Assembly (NCBI GenBank): GCA_963695545.1
Contig: OY968796.1
Coordinates: forward strand, 224,001-288,000
Length of the DNA stretch: 64,000 nucleotides
Source: Terriglobia bacterium
GTDB lineage: Bacteria; Acidobacteriota; Terriglobia; Acidiferrales; UBA7541
Direction of reading: 5' to 3'
Shown: positions 1-11,013 of the stretch, one piece after another
Layout of the letters: every line of letters begins with the position of its first letter
Numbering within the stretch: the stretch's first letter is position 1
Made by a program: the position numbers and the translations under genes
The notes under the pieces: model-generated
What the model saw: only the letters and a program-made list of their open reading frames with translations
What the model was told of the DNA's origin: nothing
The model's database searches: none

Positions 1-1482
1 CAGAGCACCACGCCGGACACAAGCACTCCCGCAACCACTCCAGCCACAACGCCGGCTCCGGCGCCGGCGGCTCAAGCGCCAGCCGCGACGCCAGCACCGA
101 CGCCAGCGCCGGACGCCAGCGCACCGGCGGCACAAGCACCGGCCGCGGCGCCCGCAGCAGCGCCTGCGTCGCCTCCGACGTGGTCCGCAGGGCCGATCGA
201 TTTCAGCGGTGAAATCGACGGCTACTACTCGTGGAACTCGAATCACCCGGGCGGCGTGACCGGGGATACCCAGGATACCTACAGCGAGTTCAACAACAAC
301 AATCTTTACAACTTCAACTCGAAAGCCAACCAATTCGATCTGAACTTCGCAAAAATCGCGATGTCGCATTCGCCCGATCCGGTGGGCTTCGAGTTGGATT
401 TCGGATTCGGCCGAGCCACTCAGACGTTCAATTCGGGGGAGGAACCTAACGGCTTTCAGTACGTCGAACAGGCCTATCTCGAATTGAAACCGGCCAAGGC
501 CAAGGGCTTCGAACTCGACTTCGGAAAATTCGTAACCAGCGCGGGCGCCGAAGTCATCGAGTCCTATAACAACTGGAACTATTCGCGCTCCCTGCTGTTC
601 ACTTGGGCGATTCCGTATTACCACATGGGCGTGCGCACCTCCTGGCCGATCGGAAAGAAGTGGACCGCCGGCGTGCAGGTGGTGAACGGCTGGAACAACG
701 TCTCAACAACTCTGAACAGCGGTAAGACGCTCGGTTTCGTCGCCGCGCTGACGACATCGAAAGCGACTTGGTACGTGAACTACTACACGGGTCCGGCGAA
801 CCCCGGCACCAATAGCGGTTGGCTGAACTTGATTGACACCACGCTGTTGCTGACGCCGACGAACGCCCATTGGTCCAAGCTCAACGCCTACATCAACTAC
901 GACTACGACCGTCACGGATTCGGCCCGGCGGATGAGCCGGCGGTCTCCTGGTACGGTATCGCGCTCGCTACGCACTACCAAATCACCGGGAAGTGGGCCT
1001 TCTCCGACCGCTTTGAATGGTTCAATGATGCCAACGGCTTCGACATGTCCGGAGCCCTGCCTCAGCCTATCCTCGACGACGGCGGCGCCGAGGTGCCGCA
1101 ACAAGTCAAGGAAGTTACCGTCACGCTTGAATATAAAATGCTCGAAGGGCTGCTCTGGCGGCTTGAATACCGGCGTGACTGGTCCACCTACCCGATGTTC
1201 TTGCGGGGCACGTTTCCCGAGGACATCGATGATTGCAACTACGCGACGTACTACGGCTGCGCCGACTACGATTACGATGACGGAAGCATCGCCAGGGCGC
1301 CGGACACCGGCGCGGGTCTCACGAATCACGTGAACCCGAGTCTAATTCCGGGGCCGTCGACACCTGGCGGGGAGTTCCCCGAAGCGCTGCCGGCGACAGT
1401 CGGGGAAGGGCTGTACGGGTTCTCGAAGTCGCAGAACACCGTGACGATTGGGCTCATCGCGTTCTTCGGCCCCAAGCGGTAG
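1..1482 (+). CDS. Outer-membrane beta-barrel protein (putative porin, BBP2/DUF1597-like), 5'-truncated by the window edge
   Basis: Frame 1 is open from base 1 (Pro/Ala/Thr-rich linker QSTTPDTSTPATTP...) into the 256..1482 ORF. Motifs FGKFVTSAGAEVIESYNNWNYSRS and PYYHMGVR, amphipathic beta-strands, aromatic C-terminal strand. Confidence 0.75.
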   Translation, partial: QSTTPDTSTPATTPATTPAPAPAAQAPAATPAPTPAPDASAPAAQAPAAAPAAAPASPPTWSAGPIDFSGEIDGYYSWNSNHPGGVTGDTQDTYSEFNNNNLYNFNSKANQFDLNFAKIAMSHSPDPVGFELDFGFGRATQTFNSGEEPNGFQYVEQAYLELKPAKAKGFELDFGKFVTSAGAEVIESYNNWNYSRSLLFTWAIPYYHMGVRTSWPIGKKWTAGVQVVNGWNNVSTTLNSGKTLGFVAALTTSKATWYVNYYTGPANPGTNSGWLNLIDTTLLLTPTNAHWSKLNAYINYDYDRHGFGPADEPAVSWYGIALATHYQITGKWAFSDRFEWFNDANGFDMSGALPQPILDDGGAEVPQQVKEVTVTLEYKMLEGLLWRLEYRRDWSTYPMFLRGTFPEDIDDCNYATYYGCADYDYDDGSIARAPDTGAGLTNHVNPSLIPGPSTPGGEFPEALPATVGEGLYGFSKSQNTVTIGLIAFFGPKR

Positions 1483-2047
1483 CTCGCATTGGGAGGAAGC
1501 CGCGCAACGAAATAGACGTAGGCAGTCTCGATCAGAAGTGTTCTTAGGATAGGCCAAGGGCTCCCGGACGCCGTAGGCAGCGGCGGCCAGGAGCCCTGAG
1601 CCATTCCGGCTCGAGTGCTTCGGATGTTCGCTGGAGTGCATTGCCGGCGGACGTCCGAACTTTTCCTGTTTTCCAGCAGCGCTCCGCCAGGGTCGGTGGC
1701 CGGCGGTTGCCCGATGCGGGTGCTGCCCTGTATGATTTCGGGTTTCGACGGGCGAAAGGGCCGCTGGCAGAACGTGGCGCGGCTCTTCCGAATCGGCCGG
1801 GCCCGAACGGCGTGGATGACGATGCGCCGGGAGGTGCAACCGGAAGCACCTGATCGATCAAGGTGCGCGACACGAGATTCGCTTAGCCGTGCGGGAGGAT
1901 CGCCTCACGACTCCCCGCGGCGGCAGGTTGCGATGCGCGCGGCATCGCGGCGGCCCGATTTTATGCGACGGGTGCGGGCTCTACTTGCAGCCCGCCAGAA
2001 GAAAGGTTTCTGGCTGTTGAATCTCACTTCATTTTTAAGGAGCTCAA

Positions 2048-3457
2048 ATGAATGCCAAGGAATTGTTGGAATTTGTAGCCAAGAATGACATCAAGCAGGT
2101 GGATCTCCGCTTCATTGATCTCCCCGGCGTGCAGCAGCACGTCAGCTATCCGATCGCCGAGCTGGACAAGACTTCGCTCGAAGAAGGCTTCGGCTTCGAC
2201 GGATCAAGCATCCGCGGCTGGCAAGCGATCAACGAAAGCGACATGCTACTGATTGCGGATCCGGGCACCGCGTTCGTGGATCCGTTCTGCGACGTCAAAA
2301 CCATCGTTATCGTTTGCGACGCGATCGACCCGATCACCCGGCAGCCCTACGGACGCGACGCCCGTTGGGTGGCGCGCAAGGCCGAACTCTATTTGAAGAA
2401 CAGCCACGTTGGAGACACCGCGTACTTCGGCGCGGAATCCGAATTCTTCGTTTTTGACAGCGTGCGTTTCGACACCGACCACCAGCACAGCTTTTACTTC
2501 GTGGATTCCGAAGAGGGCCGCTGGAATTCCGGCAGAGAAGGCACCAACCTCGGTTACCGGCCGCGCTACAAGGAAGGCTACTTCCCCGTTCCGCCGACCG
2601 ATCAATTCCAGAACCTGCGCAGCGAAATGGTGCAAACCATGATGGCTTGCGGCCTGGACATCGAGTGTCATCACCACGAAGTCGCCACCGGCGGACAGTG
2701 CGAAATCGATCAGCGCTTCAACACGCTGGTGAAATCCGCCGACGGCATGACGCTCTACAAGTACATCATTCGCAACGTGGCCGCGAAATACGGCAAGACC
2801 GTCACCTTCATGCCCAAGCCGCTATTCGCCGATAATGGCAGCGGCATGCACACGCACCAGAGCATCTGGAAAGGCGGCACGCCGCTTTTCGCTGGCGATC
2901 GCTACGCCGGACTTTCCGAACTCGCGCTGCATTACATCGGCGGGCTGCTCAAGCACGCGCGCGCGCTTGCGGCGATCATCGCTCCGACGACGAATAGTTA
3001 TAAGCGCCTTGTGCCGGGCTACGAAGCGCCCGTCAACCTGGCCTATTCGCGCCGGAATCGCTCGGCCGCGTGCCGCATCCCGATGTACTCCAACAGCCCC
3101 AAGGCCAAGCGCGTTGAGTTCCGCCCGCCCGACCCATCCGCCAATCCGTACCTGGCCTTCGCGGCCATGCTGATGGCCGGCTTGGACGGCGTGCTCAACA
3201 AGCTGAACCCCGGCGAGCCGCTCGATAAGGATATTTACGATCTCTCGCCCGAGGAGATGAAGGCCGTGCCCTCGATGCCCGGATCGCTTGAAGAAGCGCT
3301 CGCGGCCCTCGAAGCCGACCACGAATTCCTTCTCAAGGGCGACGTCTTCTCCGAGGACTTGATCGAAACCTACATCGGCTACAAGCGCAAGAACGAAGCC
3401 GACGCCGTGCGCATGCGCCCGCATCCGTACGAATTCCACCTCTACTACGACATCTAA
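2048..3457 (+). CDS. glnA: Glutamine synthetase type I
   Basis: [25 protein letters not shown]...[28 protein letters not shown], adenylylation-site region DKDIYDL. RBS TAAGGAG. Confidence 0.98.
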   Translation: MNAKELLEFVAKNDIKQVDLRFIDLPGVQQHVSYPIAELDKTSLEEGFGFDGSSIRGWQAINESDMLLIADPGTAFVDPFCDVKTIVIVCDAIDPITRQPYGRDARWVARKAELYLKNSHVGDTAYFGAESEFFVFDSVRFDTDHQHSFYFVDSEEGRWNSGREGTNLGYRPRYKEGYFPVPPTDQFQNLRSEMVQTMMACGLDIECHHHEVATGGQCEIDQRFNTLVKSADGMTLYKYIIRNVAAKYGKTVTFMPKPLFADNGSGMHTHQSIWKGGTPLFAGDRYAGLSELALHYIGGLLKHARALAAIIAPTTNSYKRLVPGYEAPVNLAYSRRNRSAACRIPMYSNSPKAKRVEFRPPDPSANPYLAFAAMLMAGLDGVLNKLNPGEPLDKDIYDLSPEEMKAVPSMPGSLEEALAALEADHEFLLKGDVFSEDLIETYIGYKRKNEADAVRMRPHPYEFHLYYDI

Positions 3458-3488
3458 ATTGTCGCGGTAGAAAACGAATCGAGAACCG

Positions 3489-3520
3489 AACGGGCCGGCG
3501 ATTCCCTCGCCGGCCCGTTT
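3489..3520. terminator. Hairpin between convergent glnA and ureD (probable intrinsic terminator)
   Basis: AACGGGCCGGCGA-TTCCC-TCGCCGGCCCGTT perfect 13-bp stem followed by T. Confidence 0.7.
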
Positions 3521-3550
3521 CGCGTCTGGTTGGTGGTTGAAGTCGCCCTA

Positions 3551-3577
3551 TGTAGCGGAGGCCTTCAGGCCTCCATC
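3551..3577 (+). repeat. GTAG-class REP-like palindrome
   Basis: TGTAGC-GGAGGCC-TTCA-GGCCTCC-ATC; same architecture as the reverse complement of 27489-27515. Confidence 0.65.
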
Positions 3578-3582
3578 TTTTT

Positions 3583-4425
3583 TTAGTATTTCCGGAGATC
3601 GAACGGCGGAAGAGCGAGCAACGAGCGGCGCGCCGCAGCCCACAGCGCGGATGCAACGCTGACGAGATCACCGGCGCTCGTTGTTAGGTAGCGCACCACG
3701 CAACCACCGCTGCTGAGGAGGCTGGCACCCGCGCGAATCTGCGGCATCGTCGCGAGTGTCGCGTGTATCGCGTCGGCGACGATTTGCCAATTATCAAAAC
3801 CATCGCCGAGCATCACGAGCGAAGCCACGTAGCCGAATCCCTCGACGATGCCGAGATTCGTCGGGCTCAGGTGGCTCGCTCCCGGACTCTGCGGCGCATC
3901 GCCCTGCGAAACGCGCGGCGTCAGCTCGATCTTCGTGCGGCTTAGGTACAACGGCTTGCCACTGCAATACGCACGCGTTTCGGAATCGAATTCGCGAAAC
4001 GCCCAGGATTCGCCGTGCGCCAGGCGGCCCGCAGCGAACGCGTCGAATAAAATCGCGCGGCTGCCGCGCCCCATTTCCACCGACAAGCGCTGCTTGAATC
4101 GTGATTCGGCATGGGGAATCACATGATCCGGAAAATATTCGACCGTCGCGCCGGCGCCCACATCGATCCAAGTTTCTTGCACGCTCGGCTCGCCGAGCGC
4201 GCGATAAACGCGCGTCGCGGAAGGAGTGGAAAGGCAAACGTGTGTGCCGGCGTCGAGCACGATTCTTGAAAGCAATCGATCGCCGCCAAGGACTCCGCCG
4301 GTCGGATTGAGAAGCAGCAGATACGCCGAGCCGTCGGCCATCGGCGTCGCGGTCTGCGCCTGCAACGGCAGCGTGTAGCGCAATCGGCCGACCACGGTGC
4401 GATCGGCATCGCGCTTGAAGCGCAA
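3583..4425 (-). CDS. ureD: Urease accessory protein UreD
   Basis: LLNPTGGVLGGD, STPSATRVY, EYFPDHVIPH, GR.AHGE.WAF; last gene of the ure operon. Start codon uncertain. Confidence 0.93.
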   Translation of the reverse strand: MRFKRDADRTVVGRLRYTLPLQAQTATPMADGSAYLLLLNPTGGVLGGDRLLSRIVLDAGTHVCLSTPSATRVYRALGEPSVQETWIDVGAGATVEYFPDHVIPHAESRFKQRLSVEMGRGSRAILFDAFAAGRLAHGESWAFREFDSETRAYCSGKPLYLSRTKIELTPRVSQGDAPQSPGASHLSPTNLGIVEGFGYVASLVMLGDGFDNWQIVADAIHATLATMPQIRAGASLLSSGGCVVRYLTTSAGDLVSVASALWAAARRSLLALPPFDLRKY

Positions 4426-4453
4426 ACTCAGGAATCCGTCGCGCCCTGTGCGC

Positions 4454-5065
4454 TCAAGACTCGAAGAGAAGTTCGCGCCGGACCCAGCCGACGACTGCGT
4501 CCACGCCCGTTCCGTCCTTGAGATTGGTGAAGACGTAAGGCCTCTCTCCGCGCACGCGCTTCGCGTCGCGATCCATCACTTCCAGGCTCGCGCCGACGTA
4601 AGGCGCAAGATCGATCTTATTAATGATCAGCAGACCCGACGTGGTAATGCCCGGCCCGCCTTTGCGCGGAATTTTGTCGCCTTCAGCCACGTCGATCACG
4701 TAGATCGTCGCGTCCACCAATTCCGGACTGAACGTCGCCGCCAAATTATCGCCGCCGCTTTCGATGAACAAAATTTGCAGGCCGGGAAATCGCTGGAACA
4801 TCAGCCTCGCCGCTTCAAGATTCACCGAGGCGTCCTCGCGAATCGCCGTGTGCGGGCAGCCGCCGGTTTCAACGCCCACGATGCGCTCCGGCGGCAGCAC
4901 GCCGCGGCGCGTCAGGAATTCCGCGTCTTCGCGCGTGTAAATGTCGTTCGTGATCACGGCGAGATCGTATTGCGGCTGCAAGCGCCGGCACAGCGATTCC
5001 ACCAGCGCGGTTTTTCCCGATCCCACGGGACCGCCAATGCCGATGCGCACGGGAACTTGAGTCAT
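4454..5065 (-). CDS. ureG: Urease accessory GTPase UreG
   Basis: [34 protein letters not shown] overlaps the ureF stop (ATGA). Confidence 0.98.
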   Translation of the reverse strand: MTQVPVRIGIGGPVGSGKTALVESLCRRLQPQYDLAVITNDIYTREDAEFLTRRGVLPPERIVGVETGGCPHTAIREDASVNLEAARLMFQRFPGLQILFIESGGDNLAATFSPELVDATIYVIDVAEGDKIPRKGGPGITTSGLLIINKIDLAPYVGASLEVMDRDAKRVRGERPYVFTNLKDGTGVDAVVGWVRRELLFES

Positions 5066-5751
5066 GAGCGGAATAGCCTCGCGGAAAGTTGTGCGTGCTG
5101 CATCGCTGCAATTTCGATCGCCGGCACGAAACTCCAGATTTCGTCGGCCGCGCCGCGCTCCGCTTCGGCGGCGAGCCGCGCAATCACCGGCCGGAGATTC
5201 CACAGAATGCGCTGCCCCGCGAGTTGCCCGAGCGGCATCAAGCGCAGCGCAGCTCCCACAAGCTGCGCGCTCACCGCATACAGCAGCGCCGACGCCGTTG
5301 AGCGCGCGTCCCAGCCCTGAGCGTTCGCAATCAAGCCGAACGCCACCGCGTGGTGCCCCGGCGTGCGACCGCTCGTAACCGCTGCGAAAAATTCAGCGAT
5401 GATCGCGCTTTCGCTCACCGCCGCCGCGATGCGCAGCGTTTGGCGGCCCATTTGGCGGCTTGCGTCGCGCAATTCCGCCGCGCATTTCATGGCTTCGAGC
5501 GCCCCATCGAGTTCAACGCACGCGGCCAAATCTCCCGCGGCCGCGGCCCGCGACGCCGAAATCGCGGCGACGGCGTCGGTCGGCCCCGCGGAATTTTCAA
5601 GATACGCGCGCACGAACGATTCGACGCCCGCCGCATCGTTCACTGTGCCCGATTGCACGTACGTCTCAAGACCAAGCGAATGCGCGTAGCCTCCGGCGGG
5701 AAACAAACCGTCGGAAAATTGCAGCAGGCTCAGCAGCGCGTCAGTGTCCAT
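5062..5751 (-). CDS. ureF: Urease accessory protein UreF
   Basis: [22 protein letters not shown]-terminus and RLFRS C-terminus. Confidence 0.96.
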   Translation of the reverse strand: MDTDALLSLLQFSDGLFPAGGYAHSLGLETYVQSGTVNDAAGVESFVRAYLENSAGPTDAVAAISASRAAAAGDLAACVELDGALEAMKCAAELRDASRQMGRQTLRIAAAVSESAIIAEFFAAVTSGRTPGHHAVAFGLIANAQGWDARSTASALLYAVSAQLVGAALRLMPLGQLAGQRILWNLRPVIARLAAEAERGAADEIWSFVPAIEIAAMQHAQLSARLFRS

Positions 5752-6313
5752 GCGGATACTCGTGGCTGTGCTCGTGCGAATGATCGCTCGTGTGTGCGTG
5801 ATCGTGCTTGTGATCGTGCGCGTCGTCGTGCGCGTGATCGTGGCTCTGCCCGTGAGAATGATCGCTCGGATGATCGTGGCTTTGGGCTTTGCCGATCGGC
5901 TGGAAGACGGCCGTGCGGCGTTCCCAGCGCGCGCCGATGCGATCGAGCAGTTGCACCATCGCCGTGTCGTCGGGCACAAGCAGCGCATCGCCATCCATCG
6001 CCAGCGGAAAATGGCGATTGCCGACTTCAAACGCAATTCGTACCGCGGCGCGCGCATCAGCCGGCAGAATCGCAAGCACCGATTCCGGCGCTGCCTCGAT
6101 GGCCAGATACCAATCGGGCCCGACCCAGGCGATCGAGCCCGGCTCAAGTGTTGTGCCCGTCGGCAGCGCCAGCGCAATTTCGCGCCCTCCGGTTGTCGTG
6201 AAGCGGCCGCGCACCCATCGCCGTTGTTCGGACGTGAGGACCAGCGAATCGCGCTGCTTGCCCCCGATGTCGGGCGGTGCGGCGGCCGGCGCGAGTTGTT
6301 CGATGATCAGCAC
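5741..6313 (-). CDS. ureE: Urease accessory Ni-chaperone UreE with long His-rich tail
   Basis: AFEVGNRHFP motif; 18 His in the last ~45 residues; GTG start after GGGAG. Confidence 0.93.
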   Translation of the reverse strand: MLIIEQLAPAAAPPDIGGKQRDSLVLTSEQRRWVRGRFTTTGGREIALALPTGTTLEPGSIAWVGPDWYLAIEAAPESVLAILPADARAAVRIAFEVGNRHFPLAMDGDALLVPDDTAMVQLLDRIGARWERRTAVFQPIGKAQSHDHPSDHSHGQSHDHAHDDAHDHKHDHAHTSDHSHEHSHEYPHGH

Positions 6314-6327
6314 GAATTTCTCCCGCA

Positions 6328-8046
6328 CTAAAAAAGAAAATATCGCTGCGCCATCGGAAGAATGCGCGCCGGCTCGCACGTCAGCAGTTCCCCATTGGCG
6401 CGCACCTGATACGTTTCCGGATCCACTTCGATGCGCGGCAAAAAATCGTTGCGAATCATGTCGCGCTTACTGAGTCCCCGGCAGTGGCTCACTGCGGATA
6501 TTTTCTTTTTCAATCCCAATTGCGTGGGAACTCCTGCTTCGAGCGCCGCCTTTGAGACAAACGTAAACGACGTCGAATGCAACGCGCCGCCGAAACTGCC
6601 GAACATCGGTTGGTAAAGCACCGGCTGCGGCGTGGGAATCGAAGCGTTCGCGTCGCCCATCGCAGCCCAGGCGATGAACCCGCCCTTCAAGATCATTTCA
6701 GGCTTCACACCGAAAAACGCCGGCTTCCACAACACGAGGTCCGCGAATTTCCCGGTCTCGATCGAACCGACCTCGTGTGAAATCCCGTGCGTGATCGCGG
6801 GATTGATCGTGTACTTCGCGACGTAGCGCCGCACACGCAAATTGTCGCTCCCGGATTTTTCTCCCGGCAACGGACCGCGCTGCTTTTTCATTTTGTCCGC
6901 GGTCTGCCACGTGCGGATCACAACTTCCCCGATGCGCCCCATCGCCTGCGAATCCGACGACATCATGCTGATCGCGCCCAGATCGTGCAGCACGTCTTCG
7001 GCCGCGATGGTTTCCGCGCGAATGCGCGATTCGGCAAACGCCACGTCCTCCGGAATCGCCGGACTCAAATGGTGGCAAACCATCAGCATGTCCAGATGTT
7101 CGTCGAGCGTGTTGATCGTGAACGGCATGGTGGGATTCGTCGACGAAGGCAGGCAATTCGGTTCGCCACACACGGTAATAATGTCCGGCGCGTGCCCGCC
7201 GCCCGCGCCTTCGGTGTGATACGTATGAATCGTGCGCCCGCGAAACGCGCGAATCGATTCCTGCACGAAGCCGGCTTCATTCAGCGTGTCGGTGTGAATC
7301 GCCACTTGCACGTCGAATTCTTCGGCCACACCCAGCGCGCAATCGATCGCCGCCGGCGTCGTGCCCCAGTCTTCATGCAGCTTCAGGCCAATCGCGCCGG
7401 CTGCGATCTGCTCGCGCAGCGGCTCTGCCGACGACGCATTGCCCTTGCCGAGAAATCCGAGATTGATCGGAAATCCCTCCGCCGATTCGAGCATGCGATG
7501 CATATTCCACGGACCGGGCGTGCACGTAGTTGCATCGGTGCCCGTGGCCGGTCCCGTGCCGCCGCCGAGCAACGTGGTCACGCCGGCCGAAAGCGCCGTG
7601 GTGACAAGTTGCGGACAAATAAAATGAATGTGCGAATCGATTCCGCCCGCTGTGACGATCTTCCCTTCTCCGGCGATCACTTCCGTGCTCGCGCCGACAA
7701 TCATGCCGGGCGAAACGCCATCCATCAGATCGGGATTCCCCGCCTTGCCGATGCCCACGATTCGTCCGCCGCGAATGCCGATATCCGCCTTCACGATTCC
7801 GCTGTGATCCACGATCACCGCGTTCGTAATCACGAGATCAAGCGCGCCGCCTGCAGCCGTCGCCGAAGTCGATTGCCCCATGCCGTCGCGCAGCACTTTC
7901 CCGCCGCCGAATTTCGCTTCATCGCCCGGCGTCGTCAGATCCCGCTCGATTTCGATGAAAAGATCCGTGTCGGCCAGACGCACACGGTCGCCCGCTGTGG
8001 GACCGTAAAGATCCGCGTACTGTCGCCGAGGAATTTTCAAGCTCAC
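6328..8046 (-). CDS. ureC: Urease subunit alpha
   Basis: [51 protein letters not shown]. Confidence 0.99.
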   Translation of the reverse strand: MSLKIPRRQYADLYGPTAGDRVRLADTDLFIEIERDLTTPGDEAKFGGGKVLRDGMGQSTSATAAGGALDLVITNAVIVDHSGIVKADIGIRGGRIVGIGKAGNPDLMDGVSPGMIVGASTEVIAGEGKIVTAGGIDSHIHFICPQLVTTALSAGVTTLLGGGTGPATGTDATTCTPGPWNMHRMLESAEGFPINLGFLGKGNASSAEPLREQIAAGAIGLKLHEDWGTTPAAIDCALGVAEEFDVQVAIHTDTLNEAGFVQESIRAFRGRTIHTYHTEGAGGGHAPDIITVCGEPNCLPSSTNPTMPFTINTLDEHLDMLMVCHHLSPAIPEDVAFAESRIRAETIAAEDVLHDLGAISMMSSDSQAMGRIGEVVIRTWQTADKMKKQRGPLPGEKSGSDNLRVRRYVAKYTINPAITHGISHEVGSIETGKFADLVLWKPAFFGVKPEMILKGGFIAWAAMGDANASIPTPQPVLYQPMFGSFGGALHSTSFTFVSKAALEAGVPTQLGLKKKISAVSHCRGLSKRDMIRNDFLPRIEVDPETYQVRANGELLTCEPARILPMAQRYFLF

Positions 8047-8051
8047 GCCGG

Positions 8052-8417
8052 CTACGCTCCCTGAAATCCTTGTTCGCGCGCGCGCTTCAAGGCCGCTTCG
8101 CGCCGCGATTCATCCGTCGGACCTTCCGTCAGTCCGTTGCATCCGTGCACAATTCCCGCGCCGCCGATGGCCACCAGCGTAACGCGCTTCGCGTCTCCCG
8201 GCTCAAACCGCACCGCCGTGCCCGCCGGAATATTCAGCCGCATCCCGAACGCCAGCTTGCGATCGAAGCGCAGCGCCTTATTGGCCTCGAAAAAATGGTA
8301 ATGCGAGCCGACTTGTATGGGTCGATCGCCCGTGTTGGCAACCTCAAGTTCCAAGGTTCGCCGCCCCGCGTTGGCGTCGATCGTGCCCTCACCCAAAATG
8401 TATTCGCCCGGAATCAT
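8052..8417 (-). CDS. ureB: Urease subunit beta
   Basis: [33 protein letters not shown]. Confidence 0.99.
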   Translation of the reverse strand: MIPGEYILGEGTIDANAGRRTLELEVANTGDRPIQVGSHYHFFEANKALRFDRKLAFGMRLNIPAGTAVRFEPGDAKRVTLVAIGGAGIVHGCNGLTEGPTDESRREAALKRAREQGFQGA

Positions 8418-8486
8418 CGCTAACGCCTCGATCTAGCTCTAACCGATTGCTCAATAAGCACTTACGCGATCATTCCCGTTTTGGAA

Positions 8487-8789
8487 CTAGCGGATCGGGT
8501 GGTGCACCGTCACCAGCTTCGTCCCATCCGGGAATGTCCCCTCGACCTGTATTTCCGGCAGCATCTCCGGCACGCCCTCCATCACCTCGGCGCGCGTCAA
8601 TATCGTCGCGCCAAAATCCATTAACTCCGAGACCGAGCGCCCGTCGCGAATCGCTTCCAGAAGTTCGGCAGTGATCAGCGCCACAGCCTCTGGATAATTC
8701 AGCAGAAGTTTCCGCGCGCGCCGCTTCCGAGCAAGCTCCGCCGCAGTAAATATCAGAAGCTTGTCGATCTCGCGCGGAGTGAGGTGCAT
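8487..8789 (-). CDS. ureA: Urease subunit gamma
   Basis: [31 protein letters not shown]. Confidence 0.99.
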   Translation of the reverse strand: MHLTPREIDKLLIFTAAELARKRRARKLLLNYPEAVALITAELLEAIRDGRSVSELMDFGATILTRAEVMEGVPEMLPEIQVEGTFPDGTKLVTVHHPIR

Positions 8790-9142
8790 CACAGAAGATT
8801 AGCAAACGCAGGAAGGCCCGACAACGTCCGCGGCGCCAGCCAACTGTCGCGCGGAAGTGTGGAAACGAGATTCCCTCCTGTTCGCTTGCGCGCGAAAGCA
8901 CCGTTGTCGCGCGCGCTCCTAATCGGTGATAACCACAGTGCGTACGTGCGCCGCCGGTGGTAATCTATATCGTGATACCAGTCTACGCGCCATCGTAGAC
9001 GTACGTGGTTCATCGCGTCACGGACCCGCAATTGATCGTTCCAGAATTCCATTAGGACCGGGTTTTCCGACCCACCCGCCCCATCGAATTCAGAGCGTTC
9101 CATTTCCGCGTGCCGCGCTTGCTCGATAGGGAGATTCAAATC

Positions 9143-10192
9143 ATGCAGATCGCTGGCACCGCAACCGCGTTCCCCGATCAGTACTACTCTCAAGCAACTC
9201 TCGCCGCCGCGCTCCAGGAGCGCTGGGCGCCCCAATTCCCTCATCCCGAAGTGATCGAGCGCATGCTCAGTCGCGTCGGCGTCGACGGCCGTTACCTCGC
9301 GCTGCCGATGGAAAAATATTACAAGCTCAACGCCTTCGGCGTCACCAACGACGCCTGGATCGAAGTCGCCTGCGATCTCGGCGAGAAAGCCCTGTGCCGC
9401 GCACTTACGCGCGCCGGCGTCGAACCCGATGAACTCGACGCTATCTATTTCGTTTCCGTCACCGGAATCGCCAGTCCTTCCATCGACGCGCGCCTGGTGA
9501 ATCGCATGCATCTGCCCGCGCACATCAAACGCGTGCCGATCTTCGGACTCGGCTGCGTCGCCGGCGCCGCGGGAATTTCGCGCGCCGCCGATTATGTGCG
9601 CGGTTTTCCCGACCACGCCGCCGCGCTGGTTTCCGTGGAATTGTGCTCGCTCACCTGGCAGCGCCAGGACACCACGCTCGCGAATATTATTTCCACCGGC
9701 CTGTTCGGCGACGGCGCCGCCGCCGCCGTTCTCACCGGCAGCGAACGCCGCGCCGAAGGCCCTAAAATTCTCGCCACGCGCTCATCCTTCTATACCGACA
9801 CCGAAGACGTGATGGGCTGGAAAGTTTCCGAGAATGGTTTTCAAATTGTTCTCTCGCCCGCCGTCCCCGAAGTCGTTCACCAGCATCTCGCGCAGGACGT
9901 CGACGCGTTCCTCTCCGAGCACGGCCTCACGCGCGCCGATATCGGAAGCTGGATCATGCACACCGGCGGCCCCAAAATCCTGAAAGCCACCACCGAAGCG
10001 CTCGGTTTGCCCGAAGAAGCTCTTGAAGCTTCCTGGGCGTGCCTCAAGAAAGTCGGAAACCTTTCCTCAGCATCCGTTCTTCTGGTTTTGGATGAATTTA
10101 TGTACCGCCGCCGCCCCGAGCCCGGAACGTACAGCATTCTCGCCGCGATGGGGCCCGGCTTCTGCGCCGAACTCGTGCTTCTGCAGTGGTAA
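9143..10192 (+). CDS. Type III polyketide synthase (chalcone-synthase-like)
   Basis: Cys-His-Asn triad motifs FGLGCVAG, HTGGPKIL, GNLSSAS; LFGDGAAA; GPGF. RBS AGGGAG before ATG 9143. Confidence 0.93.
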   Translation: MQIAGTATAFPDQYYSQATLAAALQERWAPQFPHPEVIERMLSRVGVDGRYLALPMEKYYKLNAFGVTNDAWIEVACDLGEKALCRALTRAGVEPDELDAIYFVSVTGIASPSIDARLVNRMHLPAHIKRVPIFGLGCVAGAAGISRAADYVRGFPDHAAALVSVELCSLTWQRQDTTLANIISTGLFGDGAAAAVLTGSERRAEGPKILATRSSFYTDTEDVMGWKVSENGFQIVLSPAVPEVVHQHLAQDVDAFLSEHGLTRADIGSWIMHTGGPKILKATTEALGLPEEALEASWACLKKVGNLSSASVLLVLDEFMYRRRPEPGTYSILAAMGPGFCAELVLLQW

Positions 10193-10239
10193 AGCAATAG
10201 CAGTAGATCCGCGCCGCGTGTGCCGCGTGCGCGAAATCG

Positions 10240-11013
10240 TTAAAGGCGCTCCACCGACATTCCGCCATCCACCATAATCACAGCGCCAGTGGAATAAGCG
10301 AAATCTCCACGCGCTAACGCCGCCACAGCCTTGCCAACATCGTCGGGCGTGCCCCAACGCGCTTCGATGGCCATGCCTTCGCGGAACAATTTGTCGTATT
10401 TTTCCGTCGTGCCCGCCGTCATGTCCGTGCGAATCACGCCCGGCCGCACTTCGTACACGGGGATGTGAAATTCCCCCAGCCGCGCAGCCCACAATCGGGT
10501 GGCCATGGACACGCCCGCTTTCGATATGCAGTAATCGCCGCGATTCGTGCTGGCCACCGTGGCCGAAACCGAAGTGATATTGATGATCGCGCCGCGATAA
10601 TCTTTCTGCGCGCGCCCCTGCTCGATCATCCAGCGTGCCGCGGCCTGCGTTAAAAAATAAGGACCACGCAAATTCGCCCGCAGCACGCCGTCGAAACTTT
10701 CCTCGGTCGCTTCCAAAATGTCGGCACGCGCCGCCGGCGCGCGCCCCGCGTTGTTCACCAGCAAATCGAGCCGCTCAAAATCTTCTCGCACTTCCGCCAG
10801 CAACCGAACGCGCGCATCAGCGTCCCCAACGTCGGCCTGCACGTACAGCACTCGCGCCCCCGCGCCGCGAAGTTTCGCCACGGGTTCGCTCACAGCCGCG
10901 GAATCGCGCAAGCCGCACAGCGCAAGATCGAAGCCTTCGCGCGCGAGGCACTGCGCAATGCCGAAACCGATTCCCCGGCTCCCGCCGGTCACAAGCGCCA
11001 CGCGCTTCGTCAC
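10240..11013 (-). CDS. Short-chain dehydrogenase/reductase
   Basis: TGGSRGIG, NNAG, YCISK. Confidence 0.93.
   Translation of the reverse strand: MTKRVALVTGGSRGIGFGIAQCLAREGFDLALCGLRDSAAVSEPVAKLRGAGARVLYVQADVGDADARVRLLAEVREDFERLDLLVNNAGRAPAARADILEATEESFDGVLRANLRGPYFLTQAAARWMIEQGRAQKDYRGAIINITSVSATVASTNRGDYCISKAGVSMATRLWAARLGEFHIPVYEVRPGVIRTDMTAGTTEKYDKLFREGMAIEARWGTPDDVGKAVAALARGDFAYSTGAVIMVDGGMSVERL

Noticed and set aside
6787..8064. Long antisense/shadow ORFs (also 15179-16642, 19867-21201, 32268-33713, 37329-39290, 57683-59248)
   Set aside because: They lie opposite well-supported genes, as expected in high-GC DNA, and show no family motifs.
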